Assembly (NCBI GenBank): GCA_963785725.1
Contig: CAWAWS010000002.1
Span: 160,001 to 224,000, forward strand
Origin: an uncultured delta proteobacterium
Lineage (GTDB): Bacteria > Myxococcota_A > Polyangia > Palsa-1104
DNA: 64,000 nucleotides
Direction: 5' to 3'
Part shown: piece by piece, positions 41,529-52,662 of the stretch
How positions within the stretch are numbered: position 1 is the stretch's first letter
Layout of the letters: every line of letters begins with the position of its first letter
Made by a program: the position numbers and the translations under genes
Notes under the pieces: generated by a model
Seen by the model: only the letters and a program-made list of their open reading frames with translations
Told to the model about the DNA's origin: nothing
Databases searched by the model: none

Positions 41529-42022
41529 GCGATCCTCTTTTCGAAGCAGGTGACGTCGACGGAGCCGACCTTGGCCGGACCGCGCGCGACGTAGCCGAGC
41601 CGTTGATAGAAGGTGCCGATGCGCGTGTGGCTGGTCGCGGCGTCGAAGCGCACGGCGCGCGCCCCGACGGCGCGGGCGCGGCTCTCGACCTCGCGCAGGC
41701 AGAAGGTGCCGATGCCGCCGCCCCAGCGCGCGGGCACGACCGCCAAGCGGTTGAGATAGATCGCGGGCACGTTCGGATCGAAGACGTCGTCGGGATAGCG
41801 CGTGATCGGATCGGCGCCGAGCGTGAACGTGGCCACGGGCGTGGCGCCGTCGCTGACGAGCCACACTTCGCGCGTCATCGCCTCTTCCGCCATGCGCTCG
41901 CGCGGATAGGGCGGCTCCCAATGCGACAGGCCGAACCGCTCGCGCAAGGCGCGCCCGCACGACGCGACGAGCGCGTGCGCGACTTCGACGTCGATGGGGC
42001 CGAGACGTGCGAGCGCGTACAT
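41525..42022 (-). CDS. GNAT family N-acetyltransferase
   Basis: YLNRLAVVPARWGGGIG (motif A), FYQRLGY. Confidence 0.87.
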   Translation of the reverse strand: MYALARLGPIDVEVAHALVASCGRALRERFGLSHWEPPYPRERMAEEAMTREVWLVSDGATPVATFTLGADPITRYPDDVFDPNVPAIYLNRLAVVPARWGGGIGTFCLREVESRARAVGARAVRFDAATSHTRIGTFYQRLGYVARGPAKVGSVDVTCFEKRIA

Positions 42023-42103
42023 GCCTTCATCATAACGCAGCTCGGCGCAGATGCGACCGCTTGACGCGGCGACGAATCTCAGCGCGGCGAGTTTGCGCTG
42101 ACG

Positions 42104-43885
<1,782 letters not shown>

Positions 43886-43919
43886 GGGCGATTCATACCA
43901 TGCTAAAGTCCGCGCCCGG

Positions 43920-45653
43920 ATGACGGCGCTACGGATTGCCAACTGCTCCGGCTTCTGGGGCGATCGTGCGACGGGCGCCGCCGAAATGGTGCGCGGCGGG
44001 CCCATCGACGTCTTGACCGGCGACTACTTGGCCGAGCTGACGATGGCGCTCCTCGCCAAGCAGCGCGCGCACGGCAAAGGCGGCTTCGTCGGCAGCTTCG
44101 TGGCGCAGATCGAGCCCGTCTTGGCCGAGTGTGCCGCGCGCGGCATCAAGATCGTCACCAACGCCGGTGGCCTCACACCGGACGCGCTGGCCCAGACGCT
44201 GCACGAGCTGGCGCTGCGGCTCGGTCTGTCGCTGCGCATCGCGGTGGTGAGCGGCGACGATATTCTGCCGCGGCTGCCCGAGCTGCAGGCGGCGGGCGAG
44301 CGCTTCGTCCACCTCGATCGAGGCCAGCCGCTCGGCGGCGTCGACGTCGTCACCGCCAACGCCTACTTGGGCGGCTGGCCCGTCGCCGAGGCGCTCGCGC
44401 GCGGCGCCGACATCGTCGTCACCGGCCGCGTGACCGACGCCGCGCTCGTCGTTGGCCCGGCGGCGTGGCGCTTCGGCTGGGCGCGCGACGACTGGGATCG
44501 CCTCGCCGGCGCCGTCGCTGCCGGCCACATCATCGAGTGCAGCGCGCAGGCCACGGGCGGCAACTACAGCTTCTTCGGCGAGGTCGACTGGTCGCGCCCG
44601 CTCGGCTTCCCCATCGCCGAAATGTTCGCCGACGGCAGCTTCGTCATCACCAAGCACCCCGGCACCGGCGGCCGCGTCTCCATCGGCACCGTCACCGCGC
44701 AGCTGCTGTACGAGATCGACGGCCCGCGCTACTTCAACCCCGACGTCGTCGCACGCTTCGACAGCGTGCAGCTGGCGCAGCTCGGGGCCGATCGCGTGCA
44801 CGGCTCGGGCACGCGCGGCGAGCCGCCGCCGCCGACGGCCAAGGTGACCCTCAATTATGTCGGCGGCTATCGCAACAGCATGACGGTGCGGCTGGCCGGG
44901 CTCGACGTGCCGGCCAAAGCGGCGCTGGTCGAAGAGCTGGCGCGGGCGGCGGTCGGTGAGTGCGAGGCGCGGCTCATGCGCGGCGATCACGACGATCCGG
45001 CCGACAACGACGCGGCCATGGCCCTCTTGACGCTGACCGCGAAGTCGCCCGACAAGACGCGCGTCGGCAAGGCGTGGGCAGCCAAGCTGGTCGAGCTGGC
45101 GCTGTCGAGCGTGCCCGGCCATTCGCTGACGCAGCCGCCGGCGGACGCGACGCCCTATCTCGTCTATTGGCCGGCGCTCGTCGACGCGAGCCAGCTGCAG
45201 CCGCGGGTGTCCTTTCATGGCGACCGCGACAGCTGGCCGATCGCGGCGCCGCCGACCGTCGCCACGCGCGCGCCGGTCAGCGAGCCCACGCCGGCGTGGG
45301 ACGCGCGACTCGACGGGCCGACGGTGCGCGCGCCGCTCGGTCGCGTCTTCGGCAGCCGCTCGGGCGACAAAGGCGGCAACGCCAACCTCGGTTTATGGGC
45401 CAAGACCTCACTCGCTTATACGTGGCTGGAGCATTACTTGACCGTCGATGAGATGCGAACCCTATTCCGCGATCTGGCGCCCTATCCCATGACACGAACG
45501 CTGTTGCCGAATCTGAACGCGGTGCACTTCTACATTCACGGGCTGCTCGGGGAAGGCGTGGCCTCCTCGACGCGCAGCGATCCGCAGGCCAAGACGCTGG
45601 GTGAGTACGTGCGCGCGCGCGTCGTCGACCTGCCGGCGGTGCTGCTGTCATGA
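43920..45653 (+). CDS. AtuA-like (DUF1446) acyclic terpene utilisation family protein
   Basis: RIANCSGFWGD, GDYLAELT, ANAYLG, GHIIEC, RSGDKGGNAN, DPQAKTLGE. Confidence 0.9.
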   Translation: MTALRIANCSGFWGDRATGAAEMVRGGPIDVLTGDYLAELTMALLAKQRAHGKGGFVGSFVAQIEPVLAECAARGIKIVTNAGGLTPDALAQTLHELALRLGLSLRIAVVSGDDILPRLPELQAAGERFVHLDRGQPLGGVDVVTANAYLGGWPVAEALARGADIVVTGRVTDAALVVGPAAWRFGWARDDWDRLAGAVAAGHIIECSAQATGGNYSFFGEVDWSRPLGFPIAEMFADGSFVITKHPGTGGRVSIGTVTAQLLYEIDGPRYFNPDVVARFDSVQLAQLGADRVHGSGTRGEPPPPTAKVTLNYVGGYRNSMTVRLAGLDVPAKAALVEELARAAVGECEARLMRGDHDDPADNDAAMALLTLTAKSPDKTRVGKAWAAKLVELALSSVPGHSLTQPPADATPYLVYWPALVDASQLQPRVSFHGDRDSWPIAAPPTVATRAPVSEPTPAWDARLDGPTVRAPLGRVFGSRSGDKGGNANLGLWAKTSLAYTWLEHYLTVDEMRTLFRDLAPYPMTRTLLPNLNAVHFYIHGLLGEGVASSTRSDPQAKTLGEYVRARVVDLPAVLLS

Positions 45654-46984
45654 GCGAGCGGCGCGAGAATGCCGAGACCGCCGAACCGGCCGCCCAGGGC
45701 GCGAAGAAGCCGCTGCTCGTCGCCGTGGCGATGGGTTACGGGCATCTGCGGCCGGCGCACGCGCTCGGCGACTACTTGCAGACGCCGGTGCGCGAGGCCG
45801 ATCATCCGCCGCTCGCCGACGCCTACGAAGGCAAGCTGTGGGCGCGGGCGCGCGGTCCGTACGAAGCGGGCAGTCGACTGTCGCAGCTGCCGTTCGTCGG
45901 GCTGCCGCTGAAGGCGGCGCTGGCGGCGTTGACGGTGATTCCGCCGCTCAATCCGCCGCGCGACTTGTCGGCGCCGACGCTGCCGCTGCGGTTGATCGAG
46001 CGGCTGGCCAATCGCGGCCTCGGCGACGGGCTCGTGGCCTACCTGCGGCAGTCGCAGCAGACGCTGCTGACGACCTACTTCGTGCCCGCGCTGCTCGCCG
46101 ATCGCGCCGGCGGGCTCGACGTGCGCTGCGTCGTCACCGACAGCGACATCAACCGCGTGTGGGCGCCGTTGCGCTCGTCGGCGACGAAGATCCTGTACTA
46201 CGCGCCGTCGACGCGCGTGGTGCGGCGGCTGATGGCCTACGGCGTGCCGCAAGCGCGCATCAAGATGACCGGCTTTCCGCTGCCGCACGAGCTGCTCGGC
46301 GGTCGCGACTTCACGGCCGCCAAAGCGAACCTGGCGCGACGGCTGGCGCGGCTCGATCGCGGCGGCCTCTTCCGCAAGCAGGCAGCGTCGGAGCTGGAGC
46401 CCATCTTGGGCGCCGCCGTCGCCACCGCCGACGGGCCGCCGCGCATCACGTTCGCCGTCGGCGGCGCCGGCGCGCAGGCGGAGATCGCCGACGACTTTCT
46501 GCCCAGCCTCGCGCCCGCGTTGCGCGCCGGGCGGCTGCAGCTGACGCTCGTCGCCGGCGTGCGCCGCGAAGTCGCCGAGCGCTTCGAACGCTCGCTCGCG
46601 CGCGCCGGCTTGACCCGCGAACGCGAGCGCTCGATCGACATCCTCGTGGCCGACAACATCGGCGACTACTTCCGCCGCTTCAACGCGCGCCTCGCCGACA
46701 GCGACGCCTTGTGGACCAAGCCGAGCGAGATGACCTTCTTCGCCGCGCTGGGATTGCCCGTCATCCTCGCGCCTGCCGTCGGTGAGCACGAGAAGCTCAA
46801 CGCGCGCTGGGCCAGCGAGCACGGCGCCGCCCTGCCGCAGCGCGACCCGCGCGTCGCCCGCAACTGGCTCGACGAGTGGCTCGACGACGGCACGCTCGCC
46901 GGCGCCGCGTGGAACGGCTTCCGCGCGCTGCCGAAGAGCGGGCTCTACGACATCGCCGACGATCTGGCCATCGCCAACGGTTGA
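45650..46984 (+). CDS. GT-B fold glycosyltransferase-like protein (MGDG synthase/UgtP-related)
   Basis: MGYGHLRPA, VVTDSD, TGFPL, WTKPSE, GEHEKLN. Confidence 0.65.
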   Translation: MSERRENAETAEPAAQGAKKPLLVAVAMGYGHLRPAHALGDYLQTPVREADHPPLADAYEGKLWARARGPYEAGSRLSQLPFVGLPLKAALAALTVIPPLNPPRDLSAPTLPLRLIERLANRGLGDGLVAYLRQSQQTLLTTYFVPALLADRAGGLDVRCVVTDSDINRVWAPLRSSATKILYYAPSTRVVRRLMAYGVPQARIKMTGFPLPHELLGGRDFTAAKANLARRLARLDRGGLFRKQAASELEPILGAAVATADGPPRITFAVGGAGAQAEIADDFLPSLAPALRAGRLQLTLVAGVRREVAERFERSLARAGLTRERERSIDILVADNIGDYFRRFNARLADSDALWTKPSEMTFFAALGLPVILAPAVGEHEKLNARWASEHGAALPQRDPRVARNWLDEWLDDGTLAGAAWNGFRALPKSGLYDIADDLAIANG

Positions 46985-46988
46985 CGGC

Positions 46989-47378
46989 TCAGCAGTATTG
47001 ACGCACGGCCTCCAGCAGCTGATCGAGCGGCACCGGCTTACGCATACACGCCACCGGGCCCGACGGAATATTGGCCGGCGCCGCCGACAGGACGACGACG
47101 CGCAGGCCGTCCGTCAGCTTGCCGTCGCGACGCAGATGATCGAGCAGCTCCCAGCCGCTCATCACCGGCATCATGAGATCGAGGAGCATCAGACAGGGGC
47201 AGCCGGCCTCACCGAGATCGGCCAAGAGCAGCTCGGCCTCGGCGCCGTTGGCCGCGGTCAAGACTTGGTAGCCCTCCTCTTCGAGCACCAGCTGGACACA
47301 TTCGCGAATGTCACTATCGTCCTCGACAACCATGATCGCTCGGTGCTGCGCGCAGCCCTGGCGGCCCCTTTTCCCCAT
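46989..47378 (-). CDS. Single-domain response regulator
   Basis: VVEDD, LLDLMMPVMSG, LSA, RKP. Confidence 0.9.
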   Translation of the reverse strand: MGKRGRQGCAQHRAIMVVEDDSDIRECVQLVLEEEGYQVLTAANGAEAELLLADLGEAGCPCLMLLDLMMPVMSGWELLDHLRRDGKLTDGLRVVVLSAAPANIPSGPVACMRKPVPLDQLLEAVRQYC

Positions 47379-47435
47379 ATTGGAGCGGGTAATTCACGAT
47401 GCGCGCCAAGTGGCGAGTGACGCTGAGCGCGATCG

Positions 47436-47576
47436 TCACGCGTTGACGGCGACCCAGGACTCGCCGTTCCACTCCCAGACGGCTTCGGGATCGTGCGTGG
47501 CGTCGAACTCGAGGGCGAGCTCCTCGTCGTACTCTTCGTTGACCGGGCTCATGGAAACTTCGTTCTCCTCGTGCAT
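47436..47576 (-). CDS. Small acidic protein, 46 aa (below the ORF-track cutoff)
   Basis: MHEENEVSMSPVNEEYDEELALEFDATHDPEAVWEWNGESWVAVNA*; RBS GAGGTGA 4 nt before ATG; sigma54 motif upstream. Confidence 0.7.
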   Translation of the reverse strand: MHEENEVSMSPVNEEYDEELALEFDATHDPEAVWEWNGESWVAVNA

Positions 47577-47601
47577 CTCTTCACCTCGTGCTACTGAGCT
47601 C

Positions 47602-47617
47602 AGCAGCCGACGTGCCA
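47602..47617 (-). promoter_or_regulatory. Putative sigma54 (-24/-12) promoter
   Basis: Minus strand TGGCACGTCGGCTGCT, GG-N10-GC. Confidence 0.72.
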
Positions 47618-47678
47618 GAGGAACGAGCTTGCCGTCGAGGACGCGCGCGCCGATGTTTCCGCCGCGCGCGCGTGGCCC

Positions 47679-48470
47679 TCATTTCGTGGCTGCGCGCGTC
47701 TCGCCGGGCAAGAGAAAGCCGTAGCGCCGCATGATGTTGCGGCCGTCGGGCGAGGCGACGAAGGCGGTGAACGCGCGTGCCCGCGTCGTGCGCGCCGTAT
47801 CGTGGCCGCAGGTGACGAGCGCCTGGTCGATCGGCGAGTGCAGCTTGTCGTCGACGGCAACATAGTCGCCATCGGGCGCCACGAGGGCCAACGAGAGTGC
47901 CACGAGCGCGGCTTCGGCGTTCCCCGTCTGCGCGAACTGTAACGTCTGTTGGACGTTCTCGCCGTAGACGAGCTTGGGCTGCACCTTTTGCCACAGCTTC
48001 GCGTTCGTCAGCGCCTCCTGCGCCGCTTTCCCGTAGGGCGCGTGCGCGGGATTGGCGATGGCCACTTTGACGAAGCGCGCGTCGGCCAGATCGGCGAGCG
48101 ACCTCGGCGGCGCGACGTTTCCGCCTTTGCGCCACCAGATGACGACGCGACCGCGCGCGTAGAGCGCCTTCGAGTCGGCCGCGCACACGCCGGCTTTGAC
48201 GGCGTCGTCGGCGAAGGAGACGTTGGCGGCGGCGAAGACGTCGAAGGGCGCGCCTTCGACGAGCTGCTTCTCGAGCAGGCCGGTCGAGCCGAAGCTGAAG
48301 ACGACCTTGTCGCCGCTCTTCTTTTCCCAGGCGGCGCCGACCTCCTTGAACGCGACGGCCAAGTCGGCGGCGGCGGCGACTTTGAGCGGCGATGGCTCGG
48401 CGTGCGCGCACACAGCGGCCGTGGCCGCGAAGACGAACGCGAACGACGCGGCGGCGAGTCGAATGGACAT
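47679..48470 (-). CDS. modA: Molybdate ABC transporter substrate-binding protein
   Basis: Signal peptide, VAAAADL, FGSTG, GAPFDVF, IANPAHAPYGKAA, GENVQQ. Confidence 0.92.
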   Translation of the reverse strand: MSIRLAAASFAFVFAATAAVCAHAEPSPLKVAAAADLAVAFKEVGAAWEKKSGDKVVFSFGSTGLLEKQLVEGAPFDVFAAANVSFADDAVKAGVCAADSKALYARGRVVIWWRKGGNVAPPRSLADLADARFVKVAIANPAHAPYGKAAQEALTNAKLWQKVQPKLVYGENVQQTLQFAQTGNAEAALVALSLALVAPDGDYVAVDDKLHSPIDQALVTCGHDTARTTRARAFTAFVASPDGRNIMRRYGFLLPGETRAATK

Positions 48471-48564
48471 AGCGAAGCCAATACAACCGCGACCGCGATT
48501 GGGCAAGCGGCGACAGGTGGCGAGGAAGGTCGCGTGGAATCGAGTGAAACGATAAGATGTCGGC

Positions 48565-50421
48565 GTGCGAAGGGCGCTCGTCGTGTGCGTGCTGGCCGGT
48601 TGCGCGGCGCCGCGCGCGCCGCTGCCGCAGGCGGCCAGCGCGGTCAATTCCGCGGCCGCGCCCGCGGTCGTCGGCAGCAACATCTTGCGGCGCGACTACG
48701 CCGGGTCGCAGGCGTGCGCGGCCTGTCACGCGGACGTCTACGACAAGTTCATGGCGGCGCCGATGCACAACATGACGCGGCTGCCGACGGCGACGACGCC
48801 GATGCCGCCCTTCGTCGGCGCGTTCACGTTCAAAGACGACGCCGTGCGCTTCGAGACCCGCGGCGACGATCGGCTCATGCATATCGACGCGCAAGGACAG
48901 CCGCCGCGCACGTTCAAGGTCACGCGCGTCATCGGCGGCCATTATCGCGAGGATTTCGCCGGCGTGGAAATCGGCGGTCGCGACGCGAAATCCGAGCGAA
49001 TCCTCCCCGCGTCCTATTTTTTGACTACGAATACGTGGCGTTACAAAGGATATTCGGTATTGGGCCCGGAACGGCCGGGATTACGGCCGGGCGGTATCTG
49101 GAATAAGACCTGTATCTTTTGCCACAATACGATTCCCTATTTCGACGACATCTTGGGCGCGATCTCCGATCCGCGTCTCGGCCCTTATCAAGGTGAGGTC
49201 GTCGATCCGTTGTTGCCGGCGGCGCGGCGCGCCACGTGGGAGGTGACGGACGCGGCGGCGTTGGCGAGCGCGGTCGCGGACGAGCTCAGCGTGCTCGGCG
49301 CGCGGCCGCAGCAAGCGAACGCCGGCGCCGGCGCGCTGTTGCAAGCGGTGCGCGCGCGCTTCGGCGCCGGGCAGCTCGTCGAGCTCGGCATCGGCTGCGA
49401 GTCGTGCCACGGCGGCAGCGTCGAGCACGTCAAGCACAACGCGACCAAGCCGTCGTTCGCGCCGCGGGCGTCGTTCTTGCGCGTCAGCGTGCCGGGCGCG
49501 GCGCGCGATGAGCGGGTCAGCGGCATCAACCGAGCCTGCGCCCGCTGTCATCAGGTGCTGTTCACGCAATATCCGTGGACGTGGGAAGGCGAGCGCCGCA
49601 AAGGCGCGGCGCCGGGCGGCAGCAACATCAACAGCGGCGAGGCGCGCGACTTCTTGCTCGGCGGCTGCGCGTCGGCCATGGCGTGCAGCGACTGCCACGA
49701 TCCGCACGCGCACAATAAGCCTCGCAATGCCGAGCTCGAGACGCGCGCCGATGCCGTCTGCGTGCGCTGCCATCGCGAGCTCGCGACGACGGCGCAGCAG
49801 CAGGCGCACACGCATCATGACCCGGCGGGCGCGGGCGGGCGCTGCCTCAACTGTCATATGCCGCGCAAGAACCTGTCGCTCGACAACCGGCTGACGCGCT
49901 ATCACCGCATCGCCTCGCCGACCGAGAGCGCCAAGGTGCTCGGCGACCGGCCGCTCGAGTGCGCGCTCTGCCACGGCGACAAGTCGGTGGAGACGCTGGT
50001 GGCGACGATGGAGGCGTGGTGGCGCAAGCGCTACGACCGCGCGCCGCTGCGCGCGCTCTACGGCGACGATTTGGCGCACGCCGATCCGCTCGTTGCGACG
50101 TTGGCGCGCGGTAAGCCGCACGAGCAGGCGTTGGCGTTGGCGCTGCTCGGCGTGCGCGGCGCGCAGGCGCCGGCAGCGTTGATGGCGGCGCAGCTGACGC
50201 ATACGACGCCGATCGTGCGCTATTACGCGCAGTCGGCGCTGGAGGCGGCGCTCGGCCGGAAGGCGCCGGCGGGCTTCGACGTGCACGCCAACGACGACGC
50301 GATCGTCGCCGCGGCCGGCGCCTGGCTGCGCGCGGCCGGCGTCAACGCGACGCTGCGCGCGCCCGTCGCGCCGCCGGCGAGCCCCAATGCCGGCGACGGC
50401 GACACGACCAGCGATCCGTAA
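48565..50421 (+). CDS. Octaheme c-type cytochrome lipoprotein with helical C-terminal domain
   Basis: Lipobox LAG|C; eight CXXCH: CAACH, CIFCH, CESCH, CARCH, CSDCH, CVRCH, CLNCH, CALCH. Confidence 0.88.
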   Translation: MRRALVVCVLAGCAAPRAPLPQAASAVNSAAAPAVVGSNILRRDYAGSQACAACHADVYDKFMAAPMHNMTRLPTATTPMPPFVGAFTFKDDAVRFETRGDDRLMHIDAQGQPPRTFKVTRVIGGHYREDFAGVEIGGRDAKSERILPASYFLTTNTWRYKGYSVLGPERPGLRPGGIWNKTCIFCHNTIPYFDDILGAISDPRLGPYQGEVVDPLLPAARRATWEVTDAAALASAVADELSVLGARPQQANAGAGALLQAVRARFGAGQLVELGIGCESCHGGSVEHVKHNATKPSFAPRASFLRVSVPGAARDERVSGINRACARCHQVLFTQYPWTWEGERRKGAAPGGSNINSGEARDFLLGGCASAMACSDCHDPHAHNKPRNAELETRADAVCVRCHRELATTAQQQAHTHHDPAGAGGRCLNCHMPRKNLSLDNRLTRYHRIASPTESAKVLGDRPLECALCHGDKSVETLVATMEAWWRKRYDRAPLRALYGDDLAHADPLVATLARGKPHEQALALALLGVRGAQAPAALMAAQLTHTTPIVRYYAQSALEAALGRKAPAGFDVHANDDAIVAAAGAWLRAAGVNATLRAPVAPPASPNAGDGDTTSDP

Positions 50422-50512
50422 GCCAACCGCGCCCAACGACGGCGAGCGACAATCGACCTACTGCGGTGACCGTCGCGTCTTGCCCCTACAGCGACGCGCT
50501 TATGATCCAGTC

Positions 50513-50695
50513 ATGATGAAAACATTGATCGTGGCGGCGTCGATTGGTTTCGCGGGTCTCGTGAGCGTGGCCAGCGTGGCGCAGGCGGATGAAGTGATCG
50601 TCCGCGAGCATCATCCGCGTCACGTGGTGGTCGTGCATCCGCGCGTCGTGCATCACTACCATCACCGTCATCACGATGTCGTCGTCGTGCCGTAG
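50513..50695 (+). CDS. Small secreted His/Val-rich peptide
   Basis: Signal peptide AQA|D; 35-aa mature part with 10 His and 12 Val; TATGAT 6 nt upstream. Confidence 0.72.
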   Translation: MMKTLIVAASIGFAGLVSVASVAQADEVIVREHHPRHVVVVHPRVVHHYHHRHHDVVVVP

Positions 50696-50701
50696 CCCGA
50701 G

Positions 50702-52558
50702 TTAGACGATCGTTGGCGGGCGCGGGCCGCGGACGCCGCCGACGTAGGCTTTGGCGATGTCGGCTTCGTCGAGGAAGCCGAGGATGCGGCCGTCGGCGGC
50801 GACGATGGGGATTTCACGCAGGCCGCGCTCGAGCATGAGCTGCGCGGCGGCGCGGAGGTCGTCCTCGGCGCGCGCCGTCGCCGGCGGCAGCATGATGTCG
50901 GCGGCGACGGTGAACGGCTGCGACTCGGGCGACGAGCCGAGCACGCGCAGGTCGTCGGCGGTGATCATGCCCAGCATCTTGCCGTCGGGCCCGACGACAG
51001 GGAACACGTCCTGCCACGTCGTCTCGCTCACGTGACGCAGGACTTCGCTGGCGGTCGTCGCGGGCGCGAAGCTGACGAACGGTCGGCCGGCCGTCATCAC
51101 CTTGTCGACGCGCAAGCCGCGCAAGAAGTCGGTCTCTTGATGCGCCGGTGAGTCGCGCTGGCTCGGCAGCTGCGCCGGATAGAGCGAACGGCGGCGCAGT
51201 GCGACGAAGGCGATGCCCTCGGCGAGCATGAGCGGCACGAGCAGATCGTAGGAGCCGGCCAGCTCGCACACGAGCACCATCGCCGACAAGGGGACGTGCG
51301 CGATGCCGCCGTAGAGCGTCGCCATGCCCACGAGCGCGAAGCCGCCGGGATCGAGGTGCTGCTCGGGCCACACCATCTTGACGGCGTAGCCGAAGGCGCC
51401 GCCGAAGATCGCGCCCAGCGCCAACGACGGCGCGAAGTCGCCGGCCGAGCCGCCGGTGCCGATGGTCAGCGTGGCCGCGAACAGCTTGCAGACGCCGAGG
51501 ATGAGGAGCAGCTGCACGGCGCCCCAGCCGCTGCCGAGCCAGGGCGCTCCGCTGATGGCGAGCTGCGCGGCGCCGTAGCCGCCGCCGAGGATGCCGAGAC
51601 CTTGGCCGGGCTGCCCGGTGTAGCGCGCGAAGATCCACAGCGTCGGCACGCACAAGACGCCGAGGGCGAGACCGCCGTACGCCGGATGCGTCCAGGCCGG
51701 GCCGGGCAGCTTCTTCGACAGCCGCTGCACCGCGCGCATGACGCTCAGAAACGCGATGCCGACGAACGCGATGAGGATCGCCATCAGGCCGTAGAGCGGC
51801 AGATGCGCGGGGACGAACGGATAGCGCGGCGCGTGCGCGAACAGCGTCGATTCACCGAAGAGCGAGATGACGACCGAGTAGGCGATGACGCTGCCGAGAA
51901 CGCCGGGGATGAGCGCGTCGGATTCGAAGTCGTCGCGATAGAGGACCTCGGCGGCGAGCAAGGCGGCGCCGAGCGGCGTGCGGAAGACGGCGGCCAAGCC
52001 GGCGGCGACGCCGGCCACGAGCAGCACGCGGCGTTCGCGCTCGCTCACGCCCAGCCAGCGGCCGACGGTCGAGCCCAGCGCGCTGCCGATCTGCATCGTC
52101 GGGCCTTCGCGGCCACCGGCGCCGCCGGAGCCGAGCGTCAAGATGGACGCGGCGGCCTTGACCCAGATGACGCGACGGCGCACGACGCCACCGCCGTGAT
52201 GGAAGGCGTCGATCATGGCGTCGCCGCCGCCGCCGCGCGTCTCGGGCGCGAGCGTCGTCACCCAGCCGGCGGCGAGCGCGCCGACGGCGGGCACGACGAA
52301 CAGCAGCCACGGGCGATAGTGATGGTAGGTGTGGCTGTCCCACAATCCCTCGCCGGCGGCGCGCAGCGGCACGTAGCCGCACAATGTCTCGAGCAGGAGG
52401 CGCTGCACGACCTCCAAGCTGACGAAGAAGCCGGCGCCGATGATGCCGGCGCCCAAGCCGACGAGCGCCGCGCGCAGCAGCGTTCGACCGAGGATGCGCA
52501 AGTCGAGCGGTGCGGCCGCGCTCAAGAGCGGCGCCAGGAATCCACGATCACGAGCCAC
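50702..52558 (-). CDS. ClC chloride channel/antiporter with tandem CBS domains
   Basis: GREGP, FRTPLG, AEVLY, GDFAPS, LYPAQ; C-terminal CBS pair. Start uncertain (GTG 52558 or ATG 52648). Confidence 0.92.
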   Translation of the reverse strand: MARDRGFLAPLLSAAAPLDLRILGRTLLRAALVGLGAGIIGAGFFVSLEVVQRLLLETLCGYVPLRAAGEGLWDSHTYHHYRPWLLFVVPAVGALAAGWVTTLAPETRGGGGDAMIDAFHHGGGVVRRRVIWVKAAASILTLGSGGAGGREGPTMQIGSALGSTVGRWLGVSERERRVLLVAGVAAGLAAVFRTPLGAALLAAEVLYRDDFESDALIPGVLGSVIAYSVVISLFGESTLFAHAPRYPFVPAHLPLYGLMAILIAFVGIAFLSVMRAVQRLSKKLPGPAWTHPAYGGLALGVLCVPTLWIFARYTGQPGQGLGILGGGYGAAQLAISGAPWLGSGWGAVQLLLILGVCKLFAATLTIGTGGSAGDFAPSLALGAIFGGAFGYAVKMVWPEQHLDPGGFALVGMATLYGGIAHVPLSAMVLVCELAGSYDLLVPLMLAEGIAFVALRRRSLYPAQLPSQRDSPAHQETDFLRGLRVDKVMTAGRPFVSFAPATTASEVLRHVSETTWQDVFPVVGPDGKMLGMITADDLRVLGSSPESQPFTVAADIMLPPATARAEDDLRAAAQLMLERGLREIPIVAADGRILGFLDEADIAKAYVGGVRGPRPPTIV

Positions 52559-52662
52559 GGTCGGCTCAGTATACGCGCGCCGCCCGAGAGCGCGAGTCGC
52601 GGGACGACAATCGTGGAAGCGGACGGTCCGGTGCCCGCGCATGAGCATGTAAATCCGAAACG

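Noticed and set aside
47436..47576. WEWNGESW peptide as a RiPP (darobactin-like) precursor
   Set aside because: No radical SAM or other maturase, or dedicated transporter, nearby; the motif also resembles a generic W-x-W-(D/N)-G-x-x-W beta-hairpin.
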